A program made the translations under genes and the position numbers. Source: a virus. Taken from it: a DNA stretch of 64,000 nucleotides. The DNA lies in IMG/VR virus record IMGVR_UViG_3300023117_002343, positions 1 to 64,000 of that record; one strand, given 5' to 3'. Under the pieces are notes generated by a model. That model was given only the letters and a program-made list of their open reading frames with translations, was not told where the DNA came from and made no database searches. This document shows, piece by piece, positions 1 to 9,411 of the stretch (positions are counted from its first letter, which is position 1; each line of letters starts with the position of its first letter).

Positions 1-228
1 GGCTGGTAACACACGCGATACATAGGGTAATTGCATCAGGATGCCTTTACGCGTGCCGTATGGTGCCATGGGCTTACCGCTAGTTCTCTGCTTGCCACAC
101 CAGTCGTCCGAATTAAGATAGACAAACACTTCACCCAGCTCTGCGGCAGACTTTAACAGAAATACTTGTTCGGTCGTCGGAGGATCGAATCCACCGCTGA
201 CTGCCACTACCGGTCTTTTTTCAGCCAA
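1..228 (-). CDS. Cytidylyltransferase-like (RfaE/TagD-type) protein, partial (runs off window), degenerate HxGH motif
   Basis: Translated by hand from TTG at 228 after AGGAG: MAEKRPVVAVSGGFDPPTTEQVFLLKSAAELGEVFVYLNSDDWCGKQ...R.GILMQLPYVSRV. The VSGGFDP and LNSD.W motifs fit the family. Confidence 0.7.
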   Translation of the reverse strand, partial: MAEKRPVVAVSGGFDPPTTEQVFLLKSAAELGEVFVYLNSDDWCGKQRTSGKPMAPYGTRKGILMQLPYVSRVLPA

Positions 229-433
229 CTTTTTTCTCCTCCTGCTCGATCAGGCGGTTGAGGTACCACCTGGCTTTTTGCAGGTCTTGCATTTTGCTGC
301 CCTTGTGCCCGGCTCGAGCCAAATATTTGATTACATTGCCGGCATGAAAGCCCAGTCGCCAGTCTTCGATGACATCGATCACTTCGATGGTTCCGTGATT
401 GTAGTGCCTTGGGTGATCGACAGTTGACATCAT
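221..433 (-). CDS. DUF3310 family phage protein
   Basis: VDHPRHYN, GFHAGNVIKYLARAGHKG and DLQKARWYL motifs. Start moved to ATG at 433, which forms an ATGA overlap with the upstream stop. Confidence 0.85.
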   Translation of the reverse strand: MMSTVDHPRHYNHGTIEVIDVIEDWRLGFHAGNVIKYLARAGHKGSKMQDLQKARWYLNRLIEQEEKKVG

Positions 434-774
434 ACCACCTCCAGGCTGCTGGTCACAATATGAGTCTCCACGTTGCCGGCTCGTGAGACTCGGGCTAGGG
501 CATGTTCCGGCTCCTTCTGGTTCGTTGCAAAAAAGTAAGCGCAGTCCCATTCTTCTTCTCGCAAGAGTTGCATCGCATTTTTCTTAAAATTTTCTTCTAG
601 GTCCACCACATCGACGTGAAAGGCCAGCTCTTCGCTGGCAATTCTTGCCACGGTAGTGTCGCCTCCAGTTCTCGAACTGACTACGATCGTGGAAGAAACA
701 GGAAGCATTGTCAGATTGTCTCTGATAGTATCGGCATCAAGCCAGTGAGGGCTGGCTGCCACAAAAACTTTCAT
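430..774 (-). CDS. SLOG/DUF2493-like protein (divergent)
   Basis: MKVFVAASPHW.D...I and TGGDTTVARIA resemble the YspA/DUF2493 pattern, with degenerate glycine motifs. Confidence 0.45.
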   Translation of the reverse strand: MKVFVAASPHWLDADTIRDNLTMLPVSSTIVVSSRTGGDTTVARIASEELAFHVDVVDLEENFKKNAMQLLREEEWDCAYFFATNQKEPEHALARVSRAGNVETHIVTSSLEVV

Positions 775-1509
775 TTAGCTATGCCCCTTTCTTTCCGAAT
801 AGGCCTTAACCGCCTCCGGATAAAGATCGTTGACCATTTCTAACATTCCTTTTGCGAGTTGTTGAATTTCCCACTGCGCGCCATCATGAGTACGCAGATC
901 AATAAATTTCAAGATGTTGTTGAGATTTGCACTAGCATAATATTCGGTCAAGAGGTTTTGCGGTAGAACACCTCTGGCCTGCTCGCGACACACGCCTGCA
1001 GCCAACATTGCATCAAATAGCTTAAGCGCGTCAGAGTGAAATCTCTTCATCATTTGGGCGGCACTTCCCTTATAATAGCCTTTAATCTCTCCAGTACCCA
1101 CTCGAATTTCAATTTCGGGATTGATTGAATCAACATTGGATGCCTGCCGATTGGACTTGTGCTGCGTTCGAAAATCTTCTGGCTCGTAAAATTCCAGATT
1201 GAAATCGGTGTAGCGACGACTGATTTCGTTGTAGCTCCACGTGCGATGCCTGTGGTGTTGCGATCTAACAAACAGAGGCACCTTACATCTGAAAGTTACG
1301 TGGCAGTGCTCGAGCGTCGACGTGTGTCTATGATCGATCAGATATTTGATGAGCTTCTTATCTTTCTTGTCCAGCTCTGTTTTGTGCTTTCCAAAGCTGA
1401 CTCGAGCAGCATTGACAATGGTGAGATCGTCTCCCATGTGCTGCACGTATTCGACAAAACACTTGCTGTGACCGTACAGATCGATCTTTTTCTGGTAATC
1501 ATTTTTCAC
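775..1509 (-). CDS. thyX: Flavin-dependent thymidylate synthase
   Basis: IVNAARVSF, HTSTLEH, the canonical RHRTWSYNEISRRY signature, EQARGVLP and AQWEI. Probable GTG start at 1509. Confidence 0.95.
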   Translation of the reverse strand: MKNDYQKKIDLYGHSKCFVEYVQHMGDDLTIVNAARVSFGKHKTELDKKDKKLIKYLIDHRHTSTLEHCHVTFRCKVPLFVRSQHHRHRTWSYNEISRRYTDFNLEFYEPEDFRTQHKSNRQASNVDSINPEIEIRVGTGEIKGYYKGSAAQMMKRFHSDALKLFDAMLAAGVCREQARGVLPQNLLTEYYASANLNNILKFIDLRTHDGAQWEIQQLAKGMLEMVNDLYPEAVKAYSERKGHS

Positions 1510-2536
1510 GATTGCAAACCTTGACAGCTTCAACGATTAAGTTGGCGACCTTATAAGGATCGCAGTTTGATGCTGGTCGACGATCTTCAAGATAACCTGT
1601 CCACTTTTTGGCAGTATCAGCCGGCACCCGAATTGATGCACCGCGATCGGCCACGCCCCAACTAAATCTCGAAATGTGCTGCGTTTCGTGCAGGCCTGTC
1701 AGCCGCTGATCATTATCTTCCCCATAAGCATCGACGTGTTCAAAATGCCGATTTTCTAGCGACTTGAGAACCTGCTTGAAGTGTTTTTCGTTGCCGGCTC
1801 GCATAATGCCGTTGGAAAAATTGGTGTGACAGCCAGAACCGTTCCAGTCGCCTTTGACCGGCTTGGGCCTGATATCGGCATCCAGTCCGTGTGACTCTGC
1901 AATACGATAAAGCAGATATCTGCTGATCCAAAGATCGTCACATGCTTTGAGTGTGTCATCTCCAAAACACTGAAACTCCCACTGGCCCACGGCAACCTCG
2001 GCATTGATGCCTGTCAGCTCTATACCCATCTCGAGACATTTGTGCAGATGTTCCTCTACAACCTTACGACCTTTGACCTGATTGCCACCAACACCGCAGT
2101 AATAGAGGCCTTGCGGACCTGGATAGCCTCCCTCAGGAAAACCAAGCGGCTTGCGATCTTTGGTCAGAAAATATTCCTGCTCAAATCCCCACCAAAATGC
2201 TTGACCATCGGCAAAATCCTGATTCTCACGCAGCTTAGCACGATAGTTGGATTCATGAGGAGTACCGTCCGGATTAAAGACTTCGCATAGCACAATCAAG
2301 TGTGTATTGGTCTTGTCGTAAGGGTAGTATCGAACCGGCTTTAGAATTCTTTCGGAATTATCTCCAGGAGCCTGACGCGTAGAGGAGCCATCAAAGTTCC
2401 AGTCAGGTGCGGTGCCATTCCATCCGCCCGTGGGCTTTCCACTGTCTTTGTGGGCATTTATTACTTTAATTTTGCTGCGCAAATTGGGCGTCTTGTACCC
2501 ATCTAACCAAACATATTCAAGCAGAACCTTGTTCAC
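1499..2536 (-). CDS. glnII: Glutamine synthetase type II
   Basis: WNFDGSST, GFEQEY, GINAEVAVGQWEFQ, GDWNGSGCHTNFS, RLTGLHET, RGASIRVP and GYLEDRRPASNCDPY; 345 aa fits GSII. Confidence 0.95.
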   Translation of the reverse strand: MNKVLLEYVWLDGYKTPNLRSKIKVINAHKDSGKPTGGWNGTAPDWNFDGSSTRQAPGDNSERILKPVRYYPYDKTNTHLIVLCEVFNPDGTPHESNYRAKLRENQDFADGQAFWWGFEQEYFLTKDRKPLGFPEGGYPGPQGLYYCGVGGNQVKGRKVVEEHLHKCLEMGIELTGINAEVAVGQWEFQCFGDDTLKACDDLWISRYLLYRIAESHGLDADIRPKPVKGDWNGSGCHTNFSNGIMRAGNEKHFKQVLKSLENRHFEHVDAYGEDNDQRLTGLHETQHISRFSWGVADRGASIRVPADTAKKWTGYLEDRRPASNCDPYKVANLIVEAVKVCNREK

Positions 2537-2544
2537 TTAATCTC

Positions 2545-2973
2545 CTAATCACTCTCGATCCAATCGTTAATGTACGCGACGACGGGCTGCAACCTAGCAG
2601 GCATCGTCTCAGATAAACGACTGACTGGAATCCATTCCCAAGCGTCATTCTCAGGATGGCCCAGTTCAGGACTTACAGGCAGAAACGGTTGCACATCAGA
2701 AGTTCGATCGGCCAAAAAGTATGTTGCCGTCTTTTTCTTTGAGCCTTTAGTTCGATAGGTGACCGGCGGGGCGTTGACGCCTACCAATGCAGCATCGCGT
2801 CCTACGTTGATGCCTGTCTCCTCTTCAAGTTCTCGACACGCTGCCTGAATGTGACTTTCACCGACATCTAATTTACCCTTAGGAAAGTCCCACTTGCCAT
2901 ATGAACGAACGCAAAGCACACAAGGTTCATCGCCTGCCCAATCAATAACCGCCACTCCAGCGCTGTGAATCAT
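2545..2973 (-). CDS. NUDIX hydrolase (Ap4A-hydrolase-like)
   Basis: WDFPKG followed by the Nudix box GESHIQAACRELEEETGI. Confidence 0.9.
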   Translation of the reverse strand: MIHSAGVAVIDWAGDEPCVLCVRSYGKWDFPKGKLDVGESHIQAACRELEEETGINVGRDAALVGVNAPPVTYRTKGSKKKTATYFLADRTSDVQPFLPVSPELGHPENDAWEWIPVSRLSETMPARLQPVVAYINDWIESD

Positions 2974-3018
2974 TTATCCTCCGTACAAGGGAGATTATAG
3001 TACGTAGTGACAATAAGT

Positions 3019-3216
3019 TTATTTTTTGAGCAGCTTTCCGGTCTTCCAGGCCGTGGCAATATCTGCAATGCCCTGAGAGCCAATATAGGCCAGAGCAATA
3101 GCCAGCCACTGTTCTCCGTCAATTTTGTCGACGGTCAAAAGCACCGTGGTCGTCACCCAGACCAGGAGTTTACGGCTCATGAATTTTTCGAGATTTCTGT
3201 CCAATATTGCTTTCAT
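3019..3216 (-). CDS. Small membrane protein, holin-like
   Basis: About 65 aa from ATG at 3216, with SRKLLVW, two hydrophobic segments and a basic C-terminus. Confidence 0.5.
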   Translation of the reverse strand: MKAILDRNLEKFMSRKLLVWVTTTVLLTVDKIDGEQWLAIALAYIGSQGIADIATAWKTGKLLKK

Positions 3217-3217
3217 A

Positions 3218-6200
3218 TTACAAATCCTCCACTGATTCGTCGATGTCCAGCTGTATGATCTCCTCAGACTGAATAGGCTGAACAAAGACGCTGGCTCTTA
3301 TTGTTTTAAGTTCTGTCTCTGCGTTTCTTTGCTGATTGAGAAGATCGCCGAGGGGTCGAAACTTACCAACGTTAACCTGCACGTTATTGCTAATTGGCTG
3401 CTGGCTGCCGACAAAAGACGTTTGGTCAATACTGACTCGATAATCTGATATTACATTAGCAGCTGTAAGTCCATTTAAAAAAGAATTTACAGCTGCTTCA
3501 AATTGTCGTGCGGTAGAAGCTTTTGCTACTTCAAAAAGAAATAATCGTGCAATATTTCTGACTGTTCTTCTAATTTCAATCATTAAACGCCGAATATTGA
3601 TTCGCGAAAATCCTGTTTTTTGTTGCAGAGTTGTTTTTTGAGATACTGCGCAAATTACACCGTCAACATTTACATCATCAACAATAGGATTAATTGCTGC
3701 TGCTATAAGCCTTTCTACATCTGTCTCTTCATCAAAAGCTATAGTTGATTGCATTGCGTTTCCTATCGCACCGCGAGTATATCCCATGGGAGCCGTATGC
3801 GGACCAGCAATATTATCATTGAGTGCAATTGTCCCAATTTGGCCAACTGATGGTGGAGTTTTTATTATTAGATTTTCTAAATTTTCAGTTTCCGGAAAAT
3901 TTATGAGTACATCTGGAAAATAAAAAGCACCAAACGAACTACCTAAAGCTCTTTCTTCAAATTTATTTATCGTATTCGTTAAATCAGGTTCTTGTTCAGA
4001 ACCGGTTACGTAATTCTCATCTGAATCGTACTGTTCAACATCACCAATAAATAAAACGTTAAATTTGTCTTGCGATAACTGTACAGCCTTATTAGTGATT
4101 ACACGGTGCCTTATGCCAGGTATTGATAAAAGTTGCATATCAGCTTCGGATTTTTCTGATAAAATATCTAAAGCTTTACTGTAAGCAGCCGTAGTTGACT
4201 GGGACGGTCCATTTAAATTAGGATCAAAACGATTTCTAAAAACAGCAACATCTGTCATGTTGTTAGACTGTTCATCAAATATATTCAATCCATTAAATCC
4301 ACCCTGCATGGGAACGGTAAATGACAAATTTTTTCTGCTGGCCGGATCTTTAAAATCCGTATTGGGATCGACAAAACGAATTTTATCACTGATACCTGTG
4401 GCATCTGATTTATTTAATGCCGATGGCAGTTTTCCATTTCTTACATAAATTGCGGCCGGCCATTCTGAAGGATCAGGTGCCAAAAGAGATTTGCCATTGC
4501 CAGAAGAACCGGTTATAACTGCAATGCGCTCTAGGGTAAAAAGGTTGTTGTTAAAACGATCAGCATCTAAAATACAGCCAGCCACATCGGCAACTCCGGC
4601 ATTGTCTCCAATCCATGGATTTCTGAAGTCAGTATTGAAATCTGGGAAATACAAAAACATGTTTTGCATTGAACCGATATCGTGTCTAATATTTGGATTA
4701 TCGATATCATCTTTCCTGGAGTACTGAATACCCCAAGTTAATCCAGGCATGACTTTAAGTTGATCAGTACCAGGAACTCCTTCAGAAAGTCTTTCTCTAA
4801 ATTCTATGGGGGGCTGCACAACGCGGCGCAGGGTATCTGTTGAAATGCCTGATATATCAGTAGCGTCGCTACTAAAAGTGCCTGTTAAAACGGGTTCCCC
4901 TGTACGTAAAGCTGTACCGGATGTCACGAGGTGGTAAGGGCCTCTAAAACCAATAGGAACTGCAAAATTAGGTATATTACCATCTAAAAGTTCTTGAGAA
5001 ACTTCGACACGAATGAATTGATTGGTAAGCGGCCGGCCGCCGACAATGACAGTCTTTTGTGCGTTTGAATCTGTATCAAAATCATAATAAGCATATCTAT
5101 CGCCAATCTTATTAACAATGAAATTTTCAGAAACTGGATCTAGCGTACAGTCTAAAAAAGAAATTAGTGGTAACGTAGGCTCGTGTTCGCTAGCCGAAGC
5201 TGCAAAAACATCTAGATTAAATTTAGCCCAACCAGCTGGAGTTGAATCCGGAACAATATTGCTTATTATAAACTTTAAATCTTCTTTTAGTTTACCGTCA
5301 GAAAATGCATGCAATTTAAATAAGTCAAATCGTTTTCCATTTATCTTTTGCGAAACAACAAACGGCGAAAATGCTTTAGCAAATCTGTTCTGATAGTTTT
5401 CAAAATTAGGTATGCCAACATATTCAACCGTTCCATCAACTGCAGTATTTCTTGCTGCTGAAGATGTTAACAGTAATACGACTGGCTCTCTTTCATTGAA
5501 ATTAACTGTGTTGTCTGTAAGCCCCGAACCTGTTACTACAGCAAGATCAGAATAAACATCATAATGTAAATGCAAATAATGCCCAGCTTCTTGAATTTTG
5601 GTAGGATCAGTATTAAACACATCAGCAAAATACAATGAATCTCCCAAGCTCTTGTTGACAGGCAAATCAAATTCAGTTATCAAGCTGCTTTCAATCAAAT
5701 CTTGATAAGTTGCAACTGGATTCATTGAACAATAAATGGAACTAGGATAAGCATCAGTTGATACATGGCCATTTAAAAGCATTTGAAATGTCGATGTTCC
5801 AAACGAAGATACCATACTACCAATATTGCATCCACCATCGCCTGAATTTCCAAAAGTATCATACGCAGCAATCGACGTTGGCGTGTTATTGGGCTCAAGA
5901 TTAGAACTCAGAGAGAGAACAACGCCAGACGGAGCAAATAGCATGCCGCGAATAATTGGCGCAGCGGTATTTTGCCCGACAGTTTGAATGCCGGCATCGG
6001 AAAGGTAGGTGGAGCCAGCCGATTCCGACATAAAGGCCACCAAAAAATAGGCGCGACCCAAAACTCCCGGATTTGTTGCAGTAGATCCTGCATACGTATT
6101 GGGGCCTACAAGATTGGTGCCGGTATTGATTATTTCCTGCCCGACCACAAAACCAGCGTTGTTGACGCTGCCTGGATTATTCCCTGTTGTCAATCTTGCT

Positions 6201-6505
6201 TTACAATCTCCAGCACCCAAAGTACGAAAATAAACTATCGATCCTCCGCCATTTATAAAATAACGATTTGCTGCCAACATGCCGTTTTTTTGCTGTTCAA
6301 CAGCTTCTTCTAAGGTGCCAAAAACAGATTCAAAATCAGAATCACTAGCAATATCAAATGGTACAAAAGCAGGGCCAGAAATTGATGTTCCTATAAACGC
6401 AGCTGGAGCGGGTACAGCAGAAGGAGTATCTAGCGTATTTAAAACTTGCGTCGATACGCTATTTCCGACGACACTTGGTTTACTTGGTGATTGAAACTTT
6501 GGCAT
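3218..6505 (-). CDS. Contractile tail sheath protein (large, 1095 aa)
   Basis: N-terminal FIGTSISGPAFVP...F...FG and C-terminal sheath motifs APMGYTRG, INPIV, SQKT and RINIRRLMIEIRR..FLFE. Confidence 0.88.
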   Translation of the reverse strand: MPKFQSPSKPSVVGNSVSTQVLNTLDTPSAVPAPAAFIGTSISGPAFVPFDIASDSDFESVFGTLEEAVEQQKNGMLAANRYFINGGGSIVYFRTLGAGDCKARLTTGNNPGSVNNAGFVVGQEIINTGTNLVGPNTYAGSTATNPGVLGRAYFLVAFMSESAGSTYLSDAGIQTVGQNTAAPIIRGMLFAPSGVVLSLSSNLEPNNTPTSIAAYDTFGNSGDGGCNIGSMVSSFGTSTFQMLLNGHVSTDAYPSSIYCSMNPVATYQDLIESSLITEFDLPVNKSLGDSLYFADVFNTDPTKIQEAGHYLHLHYDVYSDLAVVTGSGLTDNTVNFNEREPVVLLLTSSAARNTAVDGTVEYVGIPNFENYQNRFAKAFSPFVVSQKINGKRFDLFKLHAFSDGKLKEDLKFIISNIVPDSTPAGWAKFNLDVFAASASEHEPTLPLISFLDCTLDPVSENFIVNKIGDRYAYYDFDTDSNAQKTVIVGGRPLTNQFIRVEVSQELLDGNIPNFAVPIGFRGPYHLVTSGTALRTGEPVLTGTFSSDATDISGISTDTLRRVVQPPIEFRERLSEGVPGTDQLKVMPGLTWGIQYSRKDDIDNPNIRHDIGSMQNMFLYFPDFNTDFRNPWIGDNAGVADVAGCILDADRFNNNLFTLERIAVITGSSGNGKSLLAPDPSEWPAAIYVRNGKLPSALNKSDATGISDKIRFVDPNTDFKDPASRKNLSFTVPMQGGFNGLNIFDEQSNNMTDVAVFRNRFDPNLNGPSQSTTAAYSKALDILSEKSEADMQLLSIPGIRHRVITNKAVQLSQDKFNVLFIGDVEQYDSDENYVTGSEQEPDLTNTINKFEERALGSSFGAFYFPDVLINFPETENLENLIIKTPPSVGQIGTIALNDNIAGPHTAPMGYTRGAIGNAMQSTIAFDEETDVERLIAAAINPIVDDVNVDGVICAVSQKTTLQQKTGFSRINIRRLMIEIRRTVRNIARLFLFEVAKASTARQFEAAVNSFLNGLTAANVISDYRVSIDQTSFVGSQQPISNNVQVNVGKFRPLGDLLNQQRNAETELKTIRASVFVQPIQSEEIIQLDIDESVEDL

Positions 6506-6519
6506 GACTTACTCAGAAC

Positions 6520-6526
6520 TAAATAT
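6520..6526 (-). promoter_or_regulatory. ATATTTA putative late promoter upstream of tail sheath
   Basis: Intergenic ATATTTA on the coding strand; the same heptamer precedes at least 7 other genes. Confidence 0.6.
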
Positions 6527-6553
6527 CCCAGTAAGTAATTTTCCGAAGGGACA

Positions 6554-6841
6554 TTATGCCGGTTTCTTTATCACTTCAATTTCAATATCCGTTGCGCCTG
6601 AAGTTGCAATTAGACGGTGCCAAATAAATTGGGGAATATTGTAAGACTCTCCGCGCACTAATTTTATTGGCAGCTCATTATCCATCTGCAAAAGCCAACC
6701 GCTGCCGGCCAATAATTTTATCGTGCGATCTTCGGGATCCTGGTGCCACACCATTTTTTCTGCGGACGATGCCAAAAACTTGCGAACATAGTGGTTGGAT
6801 GCAATCTTTTTTTCGCTGAATGGCAGTGGGCCTAGCTCCAT
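6554..6841 (-). CDS. Small cupin-like phage protein
   Basis: WHQDPEDR, GWLLQMDNELP and IP..IWHRL patterns; TAATG coupling with the upstream gene. Confidence 0.6.
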   Translation of the reverse strand: MELGPLPFSEKKIASNHYVRKFLASSAEKMVWHQDPEDRTIKLLAGSGWLLQMDNELPIKLVRGESYNIPQFIWHRLIATSGATDIEIEVIKKPA

Positions 6842-7743
6842 TACCACCACTGCTTGCCGGTCTTTTTGAGACCCAGAGACTTCCAGTAGCGAGGCAAACG
6901 ACAGGACCAGTATCCAGCTTTGGTCTTGTCATTTTTCTTTTTACACTGATGCCGTGACACAAATGACTTCACGCGGTCTGGATCGTCAATGCCCACTGTC
7001 ATGCCTTTAATACCAAACTGTACTTTTTTCACGTTTTTGGTCTTGGGATCTCTCACATATACGTGAAATTTCGAATTTCCACTGCCACCTCTTTTGGGCT
7101 TGTTAAGCTCCACGTCTTTGCCCTGATAGTCAGCTTCTTCCAAACCTTCGGGAATAGGAATGTCCAGAGGCACCTTACGCCCTTCATATAACGCAAATTC
7201 TCCGATGTCCGTCCCCAGCATTTCCTGCTCAAACCAGTTCAGCTTTTCTCCGCTTTCATGCATGCGAGACTTGATCTGCCTGACCTGTTCATAAAACTTA
7301 AGCGACCAGGGCCGATATACGATATCGCTAATTCTTTTTGGATTCTGCCAGGATTCTTGCAGAACTTCCATTACCATGTCTTTGAGTGCTTCTTCGCTTT
7401 TGATTTTCATTACATCACCCTGAATAATGCCGCATTGCTGACATGTTCCAGCAGGCAGTTCTAATACGTATCTTACATCTTTGTTACACCGACTGTGACC
7501 GATATGAGGCGCCATAGAATCAATCTTGACTGCCCTGCCCTGCGCGTCAAAAAACAAAATATCAAGAGGAACGTGTGTGTTCTTCATGTGAAACGAGGCT
7601 GGTCCGCCATCCATTACAAAAAACATGCCACGACCAACCGGCAAATGTCGTCGATGCATCAAGCCCTGAGCTCGTTCCTTTTCAGTTTCGGCAACTTCAA
7701 CATCAAAAACATCGTCGTTAATCTGTATTTTTTCTCTGCGCAT
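6841..7743 (-). CDS. DUF192 domain fused to a conserved basic phage domain
   Basis: N-terminal VEVAET..ERAQGLM.R, FHMKNT.VPLDILF and YVLELPAG (DUF192). C-terminal EADYQGKDVELNKPKRG...KVQFG...SRHQC...AGYWSC. Confidence 0.75.
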   Translation of the reverse strand: MRREKIQINDDVFDVEVAETEKERAQGLMHRRHLPVGRGMFFVMDGGPASFHMKNTHVPLDILFFDAQGRAVKIDSMAPHIGHSRCNKDVRYVLELPAGTCQQCGIIQGDVMKIKSEEALKDMVMEVLQESWQNPKRISDIVYRPWSLKFYEQVRQIKSRMHESGEKLNWFEQEMLGTDIGEFALYEGRKVPLDIPIPEGLEEADYQGKDVELNKPKRGGSGNSKFHVYVRDPKTKNVKKVQFGIKGMTVGIDDPDRVKSFVSRHQCKKKNDKTKAGYWSCRLPRYWKSLGLKKTGKQWW

Positions 7744-7749
7744 CGATAC

Positions 7750-7756
7750 TAAATAT
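7750..7756 (-). promoter_or_regulatory. ATATTTA putative late promoter
   Basis: 6 nt upstream of the ATG at 7743, with no SD in between. Confidence 0.6.
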
Positions 7757-7768
7757 AGGCAAACGTCC

Positions 7769-8272
7769 TTAAAACTCCGGACTGGAATAACCCTTTTTAT
7801 TGAGCAATTTCATATTGGCTTCTCCAGGAGTTCGATTACCTTTTTTGTTATTGCATGTAGCACAGGACAATACTAAATTGGACCAAGTGTTTTTTCCGCC
7901 GCGGGATTTTGGCACCACGTGATCCATTGTGGCGCGAGAGAAAGAGATTCGGCTGGCACAGTATTGACAGGTGGCACTGTCTCGCTCGTATATGTTTCTG
8001 CGAGTGGGTCTGAGCTGCTTGGGCTTGAATTTTAGAGCGCCCAAAAAAACGCCGCGCGCAAAACGGACTACGGCAGGAAAAGGTTCTTGGCCAGAAGAAG
8101 TACCGATGCTGATGTCTGGATCATGCTCTACTACTTCAAAACGGCCAGAATAAAGATCTTTGATAGCATCCTGCCATCGAATTTTATAGAGAGGTTCAAA
8201 GCCTGTACTCAAAACTTTGACCAGAGGTTTTGCAGGGCGATCACTCACATAGATAAGTAATTCTGTGGGCAT
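7769..8272 (-). CDS. HNH endonuclease (McrA-like)
   Basis: RDSATCQYC, TMDHVVPKSRGG and NLVLSCATCNNKKG. Confidence 0.9.
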   Translation of the reverse strand: MPTELLIYVSDRPAKPLVKVLSTGFEPLYKIRWQDAIKDLYSGRFEVVEHDPDISIGTSSGQEPFPAVVRFARGVFLGALKFKPKQLRPTRRNIYERDSATCQYCASRISFSRATMDHVVPKSRGGKNTWSNLVLSCATCNNKKGNRTPGEANMKLLNKKGYSSPEF

Positions 8273-8287
8273 TGATTCAGCTCATTA

Positions 8288-8653
8288 TTGTGGACATCGG
8301 AAAATTACATGCAGATTCTTTTAATCATGGTCATCTTTGTGATCATGCACGTGACCATATGGTATGCATCGAATGCTCAGCTCATTATGCAAAACCAGCG
8401 CGCTGCTTTAATGATTGCTTTGGTTCTAAGCATACCCATATCGTTATTAACATTTTATGCAACAAAGGTCGGTTATTCATATTTTGACAACCTTTGGTCC
8501 GTACGGCTATTGGCTTTTGGCGCCTCATATTTAGTATTTCCAGCCATGACATATTTTTATCTGGACGAGTCGCCCTTTCGGACTAAAACTATGATCTGCA
8601 TTGCGTTGTCTATTGTCATCATGGCCATTCAAATTTTCTGGAGAGACCCGTGA
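8288..8653 (+). CDS. Small four-helix membrane protein (DMT/SMR-like)
   Basis: Four hydrophobic segments in 121 aa; GTGA coupling to the next + strand gene. Confidence 0.55.
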   Translation: MWTSENYMQILLIMVIFVIMHVTIWYASNAQLIMQNQRAALMIALVLSIPISLLTFYATKVGYSYFDNLWSVRLLAFGASYLVFPAMTYFYLDESPFRTKTMICIALSIVIMAIQIFWRDP

Positions 8654-8949
8654 CAAAAGACTTTTATTGGATACTCGCTATTATTTTTCTGGGTCTACTG
8701 AGTGTCATTGACGCAATGCTGACTTGGGAGGCTGTGACGTCTGGCGCCGCTGAAGAGCTCAATCCTCTCATGGACATGATGATAAAAATGGGGCCATGGC
8801 ACTTTTTTGTCTCTAAGCTGTCACTGACTTTTGCGGGTATGGTCCTGTTTTATTCCATGCGTAGACATATGTGGACCAAAGTTGCTATAGTGTTTTGCTG
8901 CTTAGTTTATACGATTGTCACTGGTATTCACTTGCAATTTGCCTTGTAA
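8650..8949 (+). CDS. DUF5658-like membrane protein
   Basis: LSVIDAMLT..AV..GA.EELNPLM motif, a conserved K in the second helix, and three TM segments. Confidence 0.7.
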   Translation: MTKDFYWILAIIFLGLLSVIDAMLTWEAVTSGAAEELNPLMDMMIKMGPWHFFVSKLSLTFAGMVLFYSMRRHMWTKVAIVFCCLVYTIVTGIHLQFAL

Positions 8950-9202
8950 AGACCTCAAGACCACTTGACAGCGTTTCTAGTTTCTTTTTGCGTCGCAGTT
9001 TTTTAAATCGGTATTCTGCGCGCAAAGCTGCGCCTTTATTCTCTGATACCTCTGCACACTGCAAAAGCCTGACAGGCCGGCGAGCCCGGGTATACTTGGC
9101 ACCTTTGCCTCTATTGTGAGTAACAACTCGATCTGTTACATCTTTTGTTATGCCACAGTAAAGAGAGCCATCACAGCATTCAACAACGTATAGGTACCAC
9201 AC
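8918..9202 (-). CDS. GIY-YIG nuclease (UPF0213/Slx1-like)
   Basis: WYLYVVECCDGSLYCGIT, HNRGKGAKYTRARRPV and ALRAEYRFKKL. Confidence 0.9.
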   Translation of the reverse strand: MWYLYVVECCDGSLYCGITKDVTDRVVTHNRGKGAKYTRARRPVRLLQCAEVSENKGAALRAEYRFKKLRRKKKLETLSSGLEVFTRQIASEYQ

Positions 9203-9411
9203 TATGGATTTTGAATGGACAGATCCGTGGTCTTGGCAACTCGAACCTGGCCATTGGGCAGTTGAACTTTGGCAAAGGCCTCAACGGGAGGCACGCCGCC
9301 TACCATCATGTATCCGCCTCCAACTTGCTTGTAAAATATCTCAACAACTTGTCCGTGCAGCGTCGGATCCAAAAAAGCCCGCACGGTGTCTCCAATTCGA
9401 ATTTGTCTCAT
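9202..9411 (-). CDS. Hypothetical protein (small beta-barrel-like)
   Basis: Coupled to both neighbours by overlapping start/stop codons; IRIGDTV start. Confidence 0.55.
   Translation of the reverse strand: MRQIRIGDTVRAFLDPTLHGQVVEIFYKQVGGGYMMVGGVPPVEAFAKVQLPNGQVRVAKTTDLSIQNP

Noticed and set aside
7769-9202. HNH and GIY-YIG genes as mobile homing endonucleases
   Set aside because: Both are compact McrA-like and UPF0213-like types without extra DNA-binding domains, and neither interrupts a gene.
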